A DNA stretch of 64,000 nt from an uncultured Bacteroidota bacterium (GTDB lineage: Bacteria > Bacteroidota > Bacteroidia > Bacteroidales > GWA2-32-17). The stretch lies in the NCBI GenBank assembly GCA_903837285.1, contig CAILUD010000101.1, positions 9,815-73,814 on the forward strand. Direction: 5' to 3'. Below are positions 1 to 9,116 of this stretch, in pieces (position 1 is the stretch's first letter; the number at the start of each line of letters is the position of its first letter). The translations under genes were made by a program, and so were the position numbers. Under the pieces are notes generated by a model. The model saw nothing but the letters and a program-made list of their open reading frames with translations, was not told the origin of the DNA and did no database searches.

Positions 1-62
1 TGCAACTCGCGGAATTTTGAATAACCCCAGTATTTTGCTAATATATCTTTAAACTCATTCAA
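1..62 (-). CDS. Partial CDS: first 20 codons of a probable RecQ-family helicase (continues past window start)
   Basis: Minus-strand translation from 62 reads (TTG)NEFKDILAKYWGYSKFRELQ. This resembles the L..FGY..FR..Q opening of RecQ helicases. There is no in-frame ATG; the only ATG (58-56) is in another frame and stops after 6 codons. Confidence 0.3.
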   Translation of the reverse strand, partial: MNEFKDILAKYWGYSKFREL

Positions 63-186
63 TTGACTTACTTGAGATTACGATTTTAGAAAATCTTGTT
101 AAAAAATACAAAAAAATAGAACAGGGAACATCATGTCAGTATTTTTTTTGTAATTTCACGCAATTTTAATATAAATCAGCTTACAA

Positions 187-1659
187 ATGTCATTTTTAGC
201 AGATAAAATTTTAGACGAAGGCTTAACTTTCGATGACGTATTGCTAATACCATCATATAGTGAAGTAATGCCAAGACAAGTTTCATTAAATTCTCAATTT
301 ACAAGAAATATCAGCATTAATATTCCTATTGTTTCTGCTGCAATGGATACTGTAACCGATTCAAACCTTGCAATAGCTATGGCTCGCGAAGGAGGAATTG
401 GAGTAATTCATAAAAACATGACTATTGAGCAGCAAGCTAAGGAAGTTATGAGAGTAAAGCGAGCTGAAAACGGAATGATACTCGATCCAATTACCATAAG
501 TAAAGACGGAACAGTTGGAGATGCGCTTAATTTAATGAAAGAATATAAAATTGGTGGCATTCCTGTTGTTGACAAAAATAAAATTTTAGTAGGTATTGTT
601 ACAAATCGTGATTTACGTTTTCAGCAAAATGCAAAACGTCCGATTAAGGAAGTAATGACTTCAAAAAATATTATCACAACATCTCAATCAACCGATTTAC
701 ATAAAGCTTCTGAAATTTTACAACATCATAAAATTGAAAAACTACCAGTAGTTGACAGTAAAAACAAATTAATAGGACTACTTACTTACAAAGACATTAC
801 AAAAGCGAAAGATCGTCCGAATTCATGTAAAGACGAAAAAGGACGCTTAAGAGTTGCTGCAGCTGTTGGTGTAACTGCAGATACAATAGACAGAATTGAC
901 GAACTTATTAAAGCTCAGGTTGACGCCATAACAATAGATACAGCACACGGACATTCAAAGGGTGTGATTGAGATGCTAAAAAAAGCAAAGAAAAAGTATC
1001 CATCAATGGAATTTATTGTAGGTAATATTGCAACAAGCGAAGCAGCAAAAATATTAGTAAAAGCTGGTGCAGATGCAGTAAAAGTAGGAATCGGACCAGG
1101 TTCAATTTGCACAACCAGAATTATTGCAGGAGTTGGCGTACCTCAGCTTTCTGCCATTTACGAAGTTGCAAAAAGTTTAAAAGGCAGTGGAGTTCCGGTT
1201 ATTGCTGATGGCGGAATTCGTTATTCTGGTGATATAGTTAAAGCTCTTGCAGCAGGCGCAAGCTCAATTATGGCAGGAAGTCTTTTTGCAGGTGTTGAAG
1301 AATCGCCAGGCGAAACAATAATTTTTCAAGGACGAAAATTCAAATCATATAGAGGAATGGGCTCTATTGAAGCAATGCAAAAAGGTTCAAAAGACAGATA
1401 TTTCCAGGATATGGAAGATGATATAAAGAAACTTGTTCCCGAAGGAATTTCGGCAAGAGTTCCATACAAAGGCACATTGTATGAAGTATTATACCAGATG
1501 GTAGGTGGACTTAGAGCAGGAATGGGTTATTGTGGTTCACAGAATATAACAGCGTTGCAAAATGCAAAATTTGTAAGATTAACAAGTGCTGGCGTTACAG
1601 AAAGTCACCCACATGGCGTAACAATAACTAGCGAAGCACCAAATTACAGTAGAGAATAA
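187..1659 (+). CDS. guaB: IMP dehydrogenase
   Basis: 490 aa. N-terminal [18 protein letters not shown] pair, catalytic loop [19 protein letters not shown]. Confidence 0.95.
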   Translation: MSFLADKILDEGLTFDDVLLIPSYSEVMPRQVSLNSQFTRNISINIPIVSAAMDTVTDSNLAIAMAREGGIGVIHKNMTIEQQAKEVMRVKRAENGMILDPITISKDGTVGDALNLMKEYKIGGIPVVDKNKILVGIVTNRDLRFQQNAKRPIKEVMTSKNIITTSQSTDLHKASEILQHHKIEKLPVVDSKNKLIGLLTYKDITKAKDRPNSCKDEKGRLRVAAAVGVTADTIDRIDELIKAQVDAITIDTAHGHSKGVIEMLKKAKKKYPSMEFIVGNIATSEAAKILVKAGADAVKVGIGPGSICTTRIIAGVGVPQLSAIYEVAKSLKGSGVPVIADGGIRYSGDIVKALAAGASSIMAGSLFAGVEESPGETIIFQGRKFKSYRGMGSIEAMQKGSKDRYFQDMEDDIKKLVPEGISARVPYKGTLYEVLYQMVGGLRAGMGYCGSQNITALQNAKFVRLTSAGVTESHPHGVTITSEAPNYSRE

Positions 1660-1687
1660 TTAAAACTTAACAACGAATAATAAAATT

Positions 1688-3679
1688 ATGACACGTTTGA
1701 TTAATTTAACAGGTATGATTATGCTACTTTCCGTAGCAACAACTTTTGGGCAAACAAACGATGACGATGCAACTTTGCTGACTATCGATAATGCTAAAAT
1801 TACAAAAGGTGAATTTGTGCGTATTTATAAAAAGAATAACACTAAGGACACACAAATTGATAACAAATCATTAAATGATTATTTAGAATTATTTATAAAC
1901 TTTAAATTAAAAGTTTTAGAAGCTGAAAAACTTGGATTAGATACAGCAGAAAGTTTTAAAAAGGAATTAGCTGGTTATAGAAAACAACTTGCAATACCTT
2001 ATCTTGTTGATAAAGATGTTGACGAAAAATTATTAAAAGAAGCATATGAAAGAAAAAAAATAGCTTTACGTGCTAGTCATATTTTAATAAAACTTAATGA
2101 TAACGCAACTCCTCAGGATACCCTAGTAGCATACAATAAAGCATTAGATCTTTATAACAAAGCAAAAGCAGGCGAAGATTTCGGAAAACTTGCAAAAGAA
2201 AATTCTGAAGATGAAACTACAAAAAACACTTTAGGTGATATTAGTTATTTTTCAGTTCTATCAACAGTATACCCATTTGAAACTGCTGCATACAATCTTA
2301 AAATTAATGAAATATCAATGCCGGTTAGAACAGCTTTTGGATATCACGTAATTAAACTAACCGAAAAAATAACTAATCCTGGCGAGGTTAAAGTTGCGCA
2401 TATTATGGTTTTGGTACCTAAAGATGCTAAACCAGAAGATGTAAAAAAAGCTGAAGAAAAAATTAACGAAGTATATACAAAACTTCAGGCTGGCGGAGAT
2501 TTCGGGAAACTAGCAATAGAATTTTCAGATGATAAATCATCGGCAAAAAAAGGTGGCGAACTTCCTTGGTTTGGTACAGGCCGCATGGTTCCTGAATTCG
2601 AATCAGCAGCTTTTGGGTTAAAAAATCAGGGCGAATACTCAAAGCCAGTTCGCACTGCTTTTGGATGGCATATACTTAAAAAAGTAGATAGCAAACCAGT
2701 AGGAACATATGAAGAAGTTAAATCTGATTTGCAAACAAAGTTAACAAAAGACAGTCGCGCCCAACAAAGTCGTATTTCATTAATTGGAAGATTAAAAAAA
2801 GAATACAATTTTAAATTAAATGAAAAACAATTAGCAGAATTTTATAAAGTTGCCGATACATCATTATTTTCAGGAAACTGGAAAGCAGAAAAAGCTGCCC
2901 TACTTACAAAACCTTTATATACACTTGGCGACTCGACCTATAATCAAAAACAATTTGCAAATTATTTAGAAAATACAAGAAAGAAAACTAAAGTTGAAAA
3001 TGCTAATCAGGCAGTATTAACAATGCACATCAACGATCAGTTTAACAAATTTTCTGAAGAAAAAATAATAGCTTACGAAGAAGCTAGATTAGACAACAAA
3101 TATCCACAATTCAGATATTTAATGAATGAATATCACGACGGAATTTTACTATTTGATTTAACAGATAAAATGGTTTGGTCAAAAGCAGTTAAAGACTCTA
3201 TTGGATTAAAAGAATTCTATGAAAAAAATAAAAATAGCTACATGTGGGAAAAACGTGCAGATGTAACAATTTTCCAATATGCTAATGATAAAGCAAAAGA
3301 TGAAACTATTAAACTTATAGAGAAAAAAGTTTCAAAAGGATACTCAAATGAGGATATTGTAAAAATGGAAACTAAAAAAGATTCATCAGCATTAATAATT
3401 ATTGAAAATAAACTATATCAAAAAGGTGACAATACAAGTATTGATAAAATTGCTTTTAATGCAGAAAATGCTCTAAATAAAACTTACGATATAAATGCAG
3501 AGAAACATCAAATTTTATACATTAATAAAATGATTGAGCCACAAGTAAAATCACTTCCTGAGGCCAAGGGCTTAGCAACTGCTGATTATCAAGCATTTCT
3601 TGAGAAAAACTGGATTTCAGAATTACGCTCAAAGCACACCATAACAGTTAACAAAGAAGTTTTATCAACTATAAAATAA
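1688..3679 (+). CDS. Exported PpiC/parvulin-type peptidyl-prolyl isomerase (two parvulin-like segments)
   Basis: 663 aa with signal peptide. Two segments have the parvulin pattern (ASHILIK...FGYHVIK and VAHIMV...GGELPWFGTGRMVPEFE...FGWHILK). Confidence 0.8.
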   Translation: MTRLINLTGMIMLLSVATTFGQTNDDDATLLTIDNAKITKGEFVRIYKKNNTKDTQIDNKSLNDYLELFINFKLKVLEAEKLGLDTAESFKKELAGYRKQLAIPYLVDKDVDEKLLKEAYERKKIALRASHILIKLNDNATPQDTLVAYNKALDLYNKAKAGEDFGKLAKENSEDETTKNTLGDISYFSVLSTVYPFETAAYNLKINEISMPVRTAFGYHVIKLTEKITNPGEVKVAHIMVLVPKDAKPEDVKKAEEKINEVYTKLQAGGDFGKLAIEFSDDKSSAKKGGELPWFGTGRMVPEFESAAFGLKNQGEYSKPVRTAFGWHILKKVDSKPVGTYEEVKSDLQTKLTKDSRAQQSRISLIGRLKKEYNFKLNEKQLAEFYKVADTSLFSGNWKAEKAALLTKPLYTLGDSTYNQKQFANYLENTRKKTKVENANQAVLTMHINDQFNKFSEEKIIAYEEARLDNKYPQFRYLMNEYHDGILLFDLTDKMVWSKAVKDSIGLKEFYEKNKNSYMWEKRADVTIFQYANDKAKDETIKLIEKKVSKGYSNEDIVKMETKKDSSALIIIENKLYQKGDNTSIDKIAFNAENALNKTYDINAEKHQILYINKMIEPQVKSLPEAKGLATADYQAFLEKNWISELRSKHTITVNKEVLSTIK

Positions 3680-3685
3680 ATGATT

Positions 3686-3711
3686 ACGGGAAGATTTTTC
3701 TTCCCGTTTTT
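3686..3711 (+). terminator. Rho-independent terminator/attenuator after the first PPIase gene
   Basis: ACGGGAAGA (3686-3694), loop TTTT, TCTTCCCGT (3699-3707), followed by a T run. It lies between the stop at 3679 and the likely next start at 3719. Confidence 0.55.
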
Positions 3712-3718
3712 ATATAAA

Positions 3719-4561
3719 ATGAAAAATTCATATCTGATATTTTTTTTATTTACTTTTGTTATAGCTTGTTCATCGGAAAAAATTTCTGAAGAACAGCCTA
3801 TCGCCAGAGTGTTTAACGAATATTTATACCCATCAGATTTAAAAGATCTTTTTAATGGAATAACTTCAAAGCAAGATAGTATCGATCTTGTTAAAAGTTT
3901 TACTGAAAAATGGGCAAAAAAACAAGTACTGCTTCATCTTGCCGAAGTAAATTTAAATGATGAGCAAATGGATGTGAGTCGTGAATTAGATAACTACAAA
4001 ACTTCCTTATTAATTTATAAATATCAACAAAGTTTTATTTCACAAAAACTTGATACAATTATTTCTGATCAGGAAATTGCAGAATATTTTAATGCACATC
4101 CCAACGAGTTTTTTTTAGAAGAGAATATTGTAAAAGCAGTCTTTATTGAACTACCTAAATCGGCACCAAACCCAGAAAAAGTAAAAGCATTGTATACAAG
4201 TACAAAAGAAAAGGATTTAAAAAAACTAGATGATTATTGTAACAAATACGCATTTAAATTTGATGACTTTAATGATAACTGGATATCATTTAACTCTATT
4301 TTAAAAATGACACCTTTTGAGATTTCGGACCAGGAAACTTTTTTAAAAACAAGCAAACAAATTGAAGTAAATGATACAAATTACTTTTATTTTGTTAGCA
4401 TTAGAGAATTTCAGCTTGCAGGTAACTCTGCTCCCCTTGAATTTGCAAAAAATATAATTACTCCAATTATTCTCACAAAGCGCAAAATTGATCTTTTAAA
4501 TAAATTAGAAAATAATGCGTTAAAAGACGAATCAAACAAAAAAAACTTCGAAACATATTAA
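3719..4561 (+). CDS. Lipoprotein, SurA-N-like chaperone candidate (no parvulin motif seen)
   Basis: ORF track starts at 3680. Met14 (3719) gives MKNSYLIFFLFTFVIAC, a lipobox-like signal, and the terminator hairpin occupies 3686-3711. Placed between two PPIase genes. Confidence 0.5.
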   Translation: MKNSYLIFFLFTFVIACSSEKISEEQPIARVFNEYLYPSDLKDLFNGITSKQDSIDLVKSFTEKWAKKQVLLHLAEVNLNDEQMDVSRELDNYKTSLLIYKYQQSFISQKLDTIISDQEIAEYFNAHPNEFFLEENIVKAVFIELPKSAPNPEKVKALYTSTKEKDLKKLDDYCNKYAFKFDDFNDNWISFNSILKMTPFEISDQETFLKTSKQIEVNDTNYFYFVSIREFQLAGNSAPLEFAKNIITPIILTKRKIDLLNKLENNALKDESNKKNFETY

Positions 4562-4563
4562 AC

Positions 4564-5910
4564 ATGAATAAAAAAGAATTTTTCATATTTTCATTTATAG
4601 CGCTATTTGGTTTCTCGAGCCAAGTCTTTTCTCAAGATAAAGTAATAGATCAAATTATAGCCATAGTAGGCAATAATTACATCTTAAAAAGCGACATAGA
4701 GGGTCAATTTGTTCAAATGGAAAAGACATATAACAAGGAAGAAGATTTAAAATGCGTTATTCTGGAAGGACTACTTCACCAAAGCCTATTACTTCATAGA
4801 GCAGATTTAGATAGCGTTGTTGTAACCGACAAGGAAATTGACTCGCAAATAGAAAGAAAAATAAAAATGTTTATTTCTCAGGCAGGTTCCGAAAAAAGAC
4901 TTGAGGAATCAATAGGTAAAACTATTTCTGAAATAAAAATTCTTTTGCGCGAATCATTAAAAAAACAAATGCTTGCCGAAAAAATGATGGATAAACTAAC
5001 TGGTAGCATAAAGGTGACTCCTTCAGAGGTTCGTCAGTTTTTTAAAGAGATGCCATCAGATTCTATTCCTTTAGTAAACGAAGAAATAGAATACGAACAA
5101 ATAGTTCTTTATCCAACAATTACAGAAAAAGAAAAACTTGCTGTAAAAGCAAAATTAAATGAATTACGAGAGAGAGTATTAAAAGGCGACAAATTTAGCA
5201 CTCTGGCTGTATTGTACAGCGAAGACGCTCAAAGTGCAACAAAGGGCGGTGAACTTGGATTCCTTGGTCGTGGCGACCTTGTTCCCGAATTTTCGGCAGT
5301 TGCTTTTAAATTAAAAGATGGAGAAGTGTCAAAAATTATTGAAACCGAATTTGGTTTTCATATTATTCAGCTTATTGAACGCCGTGGAGAACAGATTAAT
5401 GTTAGACATATTTTAATTTCACCAAAAGTTGATCCCGTTTCGGCAGTATATTGCAGAAGCAAATTAGACAGCATTTTAAAAGTTATTAAAGCAGATTCTA
5501 TTAAATTTAACAAAGCAGCCGAAAAATATAGTAAAGATATCGAAACTAGCTTAAATGGTGGTTTAGCTGTTAATCCTTACACTAACAATAGTCGCTTTGA
5601 TTTAGAACAATTAGATGCTACAACATCATACTGGATAAAAAAATTAAAAGACGGAGAAACAAGTAATCCATTTGAATTTACTGACGATAAAGCAAAAAAA
5701 TGTTACAAAATTGTCAGATTAAAAGCAAGATACCCATCTCACAAAGCTAATTTAACTGATGATTACCAAAAAATTCAGGAAATAGCAATAGCTAAAAAGA
5801 AACAAGAAATAATGACAACCTGGATTGAAAAAGAACAAAAAACAACATACGTTCATATTGACAATTCTTATAAAAACTGCAACTTTACATATAAAGGCTG
5901 GATTAAGTAA
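4564..5910 (+). CDS. SurA-like periplasmic chaperone / parvulin PPIase
   Basis: 448 aa with signal peptide. Parvulin segment GGELGFLGRGDLVPEFSAVAF...FGFHIIQ and VRHILI. Confidence 0.8.
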   Translation: MNKKEFFIFSFIALFGFSSQVFSQDKVIDQIIAIVGNNYILKSDIEGQFVQMEKTYNKEEDLKCVILEGLLHQSLLLHRADLDSVVVTDKEIDSQIERKIKMFISQAGSEKRLEESIGKTISEIKILLRESLKKQMLAEKMMDKLTGSIKVTPSEVRQFFKEMPSDSIPLVNEEIEYEQIVLYPTITEKEKLAVKAKLNELRERVLKGDKFSTLAVLYSEDAQSATKGGELGFLGRGDLVPEFSAVAFKLKDGEVSKIIETEFGFHIIQLIERRGEQINVRHILISPKVDPVSAVYCRSKLDSILKVIKADSIKFNKAAEKYSKDIETSLNGGLAVNPYTNNSRFDLEQLDATTSYWIKKLKDGETSNPFEFTDDKAKKCYKIVRLKARYPSHKANLTDDYQKIQEIAIAKKKQEIMTTWIEKEQKTTYVHIDNSYKNCNFTYKGWIK

Positions 5911-5933
5911 TTTACTTTTTAACAATTAATACG

Positions 5934-6911
5934 ATGAATTTTTCTAACGACGTTGAAGCAGTTAAAAACCTAAGGCAGGCTCACGAAAGACTTTCAAATG
6001 AAATTAAAAAAGTAATTATCGGGCAGGATGATGTTGTAAAAGAAGTTTTAATAACAATATTCAGTCGTGGCCATTGTTTACTTATTGGAGTTCCCGGTTT
6101 AGCAAAAACGCTTTTAGTAACAACGATTGCAAATTCACTTGGACTAAAATACAAAAGAATTCAATTTACTCCAGATTTAATGCCATCGGATATTATAGGC
6201 ACAGAAGTTTTGGACGAAAACCGACAGTTTAAGTTTGTAAAAGGACCAATATTTGCAAATTTTATTCTTGCCGATGAGATAAACCGTACTCCACCTAAAA
6301 CCCAGGCAGCTTTACTTGAAGCCATGCAGGAAAGATCGGTTACAGCAGCTGGTCAGCATTTCAATTTAGATAATCCTTTTTTTGTATTAGCTACCCAAAA
6401 CCCAATTGAGCAAGAAGGAACATATCCATTACCCGAGGCACAACTAGACAGGTTTATGTTTAACACTATACTCGATTATCCAAAATTTGAAGATGAAATA
6501 AATATTGTTCGTGCAACAACATCTGAAATAACTGTTAATGTCGAAAAAGTTTTAACAGCTGAGGATATTATTTTTTATCAGGATTTAATTCGCAAGGTTC
6601 CTGTAAACGATAATGTATTAAAATATGCAGTAAATTTAACTTCATCAACACGTCCGGGAAAAGAAAATGCAAATGATTTTGCGTCAAAATATATTAACTG
6701 GGGTGCTGGGCCAAGAGCATCACAATTTTTAATTATAGGAGCAAAAACACTATCTGTGTTAAACGGTAAATTTTCTCCGGATATTGAAGATGTGAAAGCA
6801 ATTGCTCATCCTATTTTAAGACATAGATTAATTAAAAATTACAAAGCTGAGGCCGAAGGAATAACAATTGACAACATAATAACAGAATTATTGAAAGTTA
6901 ATAAGGCTTAA
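5934..6911 (+). CDS. MoxR-family AAA+ ATPase
   Basis: 325 aa. Walker A GVPGLAKT, Walker B LADEINR, typical QNPIEQEGTYPLPEAQLDRF. Confidence 0.9.
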   Translation: MNFSNDVEAVKNLRQAHERLSNEIKKVIIGQDDVVKEVLITIFSRGHCLLIGVPGLAKTLLVTTIANSLGLKYKRIQFTPDLMPSDIIGTEVLDENRQFKFVKGPIFANFILADEINRTPPKTQAALLEAMQERSVTAAGQHFNLDNPFFVLATQNPIEQEGTYPLPEAQLDRFMFNTILDYPKFEDEINIVRATTSEITVNVEKVLTAEDIIFYQDLIRKVPVNDNVLKYAVNLTSSTRPGKENANDFASKYINWGAGPRASQFLIIGAKTLSVLNGKFSPDIEDVKAIAHPILRHRLIKNYKAEAEGITIDNIITELLKVNKA

Positions 6912-6953
6912 TTTTAATAAGTGTTACCAGTAATTCAATTACTATCAGATTAA

Positions 6954-8462
6954 ATGATAAGGCAATTAATAATATTTCTGCTCGTTACAATAACATTTTT
7001 TACTTTAAATGCTCAGGAAGTAAAAAAAATTGAGTTAATTAATGCCGATGAAATTGATTATGATGAAGAAATTCTTGGAAGAGAAATAAAAAGACTTAAA
7101 GGTAATGTAGCATTTAAACATGATAGCGCTTTGTTATTTTGTGATAGCGCATATTTTAACTCAATCAGGAATAATGTTGTAATGTATGGTCATGTTCACA
7201 TTAACATTGGTGACACGATACATTTATGGGGTGATTCAATAAGATATTATGGAAACACAAGAATAGCCCAGGTAAGAAATAATGTAAAACTCACTAACAA
7301 AACAGCGATTTTAACAACAGACTCTATGGATTACGATCGTAATTTAAATATGGGTTATTATTTTAACTGGGGAAAAATTAAAGATGGCGAAAACTCATTG
7401 GTAAGTCAATGGGGTTATTATTTCTCGATGTTAAAGGATTTTGTAGCAGTTAAAAATGTTATTCTTACAAATCCACAATACCATATGTATTCTGATTCGT
7501 TAAGATATAATACAGAATCAGAGATTGCTTCTTTTTATGGTCCATCAAAAATTGTTGGAGATTCAAACCTAATTTATTGTGAAAATGGTTGGTACAATAC
7601 CAAAACAGAAATAAGTCAGTTTAATAAAAATGCATATTTAAAAAGCAAAGCTCAAACAATAAAAGGTGATAGTTTATACTATGACAGAAATAAAAAATTT
7701 GGTAAAGCATATAAAAACGTTCAGGTTATAGATACAACATCAAACATCTTGCTTTTAGGCAACTACGGATATTATTATGAGTCGCCAGAACAAGCAATGC
7801 TAACTGATAGTGCAGTTTTTATAAATTATGGAAAGACAGATACTTTATTTTTACATGCAGATACATTACGGTCAACTTCTTTAACAGACAGCATAGGTGT
7901 TTATAAATTAATAAGAGCTTATAATAACGTAAAACTATTTAAGCCAGATATTCAGGGAAGTTGTGATTCATTAACTTATTCCTTAAGAGACTCTATCATC
8001 AGACTTTTTGAAGTTCCAATTTTATGGTCAGAAGTTCATCAGCTCACCGCAGAAATAATTGAAATACACACAAAAAATAATCAAGCCGATTATATTGTTT
8101 TACAAACTGCAGCATTTGTAATTTCACAGGAAGATACAATTAGATTCAATCAGATAAAAGGGAAAAACATGATTGGATATATTAAAAATAATGAACTCGA
8201 CAGAATTGAAGTCGATGGAAATGGTCAGTCAATATATTTCCCAAAAGATAATAACGAACTTATTGGTGCCAATACAGCTGAAAGCAGCAAAATGACAATT
8301 TACATGGATAAAGGTCAGGTTTCCAGAATATTATTTCTAACTAAACCCACTGCAGTATTACATCCAATTGAAGAATTACCAGCAATTGAATTATTATTAC
8401 CAAATTTTAAATGGTATAAAAATATAAGACCAATTAAGAAGGAGGATATTTTTAATAATTAG
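6954..8462 (+). CDS. OstA-like (LptA/LptD N-terminal-like) exported protein
   Basis: 502 aa with signal peptide. Repeated beta-jellyroll-like segments (LKGNVAFKHDSALLFCDSAYF, GHVHI, NNVKL) as in Bacteroidota OstA-like proteins. Confidence 0.55.
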   Translation: MIRQLIIFLLVTITFFTLNAQEVKKIELINADEIDYDEEILGREIKRLKGNVAFKHDSALLFCDSAYFNSIRNNVVMYGHVHINIGDTIHLWGDSIRYYGNTRIAQVRNNVKLTNKTAILTTDSMDYDRNLNMGYYFNWGKIKDGENSLVSQWGYYFSMLKDFVAVKNVILTNPQYHMYSDSLRYNTESEIASFYGPSKIVGDSNLIYCENGWYNTKTEISQFNKNAYLKSKAQTIKGDSLYYDRNKKFGKAYKNVQVIDTTSNILLLGNYGYYYESPEQAMLTDSAVFINYGKTDTLFLHADTLRSTSLTDSIGVYKLIRAYNNVKLFKPDIQGSCDSLTYSLRDSIIRLFEVPILWSEVHQLTAEIIEIHTKNNQADYIVLQTAAFVISQEDTIRFNQIKGKNMIGYIKNNELDRIEVDGNGQSIYFPKDNNELIGANTAESSKMTIYMDKGQVSRILFLTKPTAVLHPIEELPAIELLLPNFKWYKNIRPIKKEDIFNN

Positions 8463-8505
8463 AACAGTAAATTTTCAATCTCAAAAAATTGAAATTGTAA
8501 ATTAT

Positions 8506-8727
8506 CTAATATTCATCTTCGTTAAACAAAAAATCTTCTTTTGTTGGGTAGTCAGGCCAAATATCTTCGATATTGTCATAAACCTCACCTTCATCTTCAA
8601 GTTCTTGTAGATTTTCAATTACCTCCATAGGTGCACCAGAACGAATTGCAAAATCAATAAGTTCATCTTTAGTCGCAGGCCAAGGGGCGTCCTCTAATTT
8701 CGAGGCTAATTCGAGAGTCCAATACAT
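8506..8727 (-). CDS. Small acidic DUF2795-like protein
   Basis: 73 aa. The WPATKDELIDFA...GAP.EVIENL pattern is typical of DUF2795. Confidence 0.65.
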   Translation of the reverse strand: MYWTLELASKLEDAPWPATKDELIDFAIRSGAPMEVIENLQELEDEGEVYDNIEDIWPDYPTKEDFLFNEDEY

Positions 8728-9051
8728 ATAATTATTCAGTTTTGATAGCTATTCTAAGTTTTCAAATATTTCGCGAAATTATACTTTTTTTTTATAGTAG
8801 CAACTTTTTTCTTTTAAATATCAAAAATACTTCCCCTGCGACTATATTTATTCTGATTTTATTGAAGTTATAAATAAATATAAAACTAATAATATTTTAA
8901 TTGAAAGCGCCGAATTTACTTTTAAAAATGACATTTAAACTAAACAAACTGGGTAATAACAATTAAATCTTAAATTTTAAAAAAATACTAAATAATAATG
9001 TGTTTAATTCATTTTTAATGATTTAAAATTTTGTTTTCTAAAGAAAAATTA

Positions 9052-9059
9052 TAATTTTG
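9052..9059 (+). promoter_or_regulatory. Candidate Bacteroidota -7 box (TAATTTTG)
   Basis: Matches TAnnTTTG, 58 nt upstream of the 9117 start. Confidence 0.35.
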
Positions 9060-9116
9060 CCTAACCGATTCAAAAAGACTAACAATATTTATTTCTTTTT
9101 TATTAATTGAAGCATT

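Noticed and set aside
8470-8497. AT-only hairpin TTTCAAT/ATTGAAA between the convergent OstA-like and DUF2795 genes, as a bidirectional terminator
   Set aside because: The stem is only 7 bp, entirely A/T, and has no clear U tract on either side. That is too weak to call.
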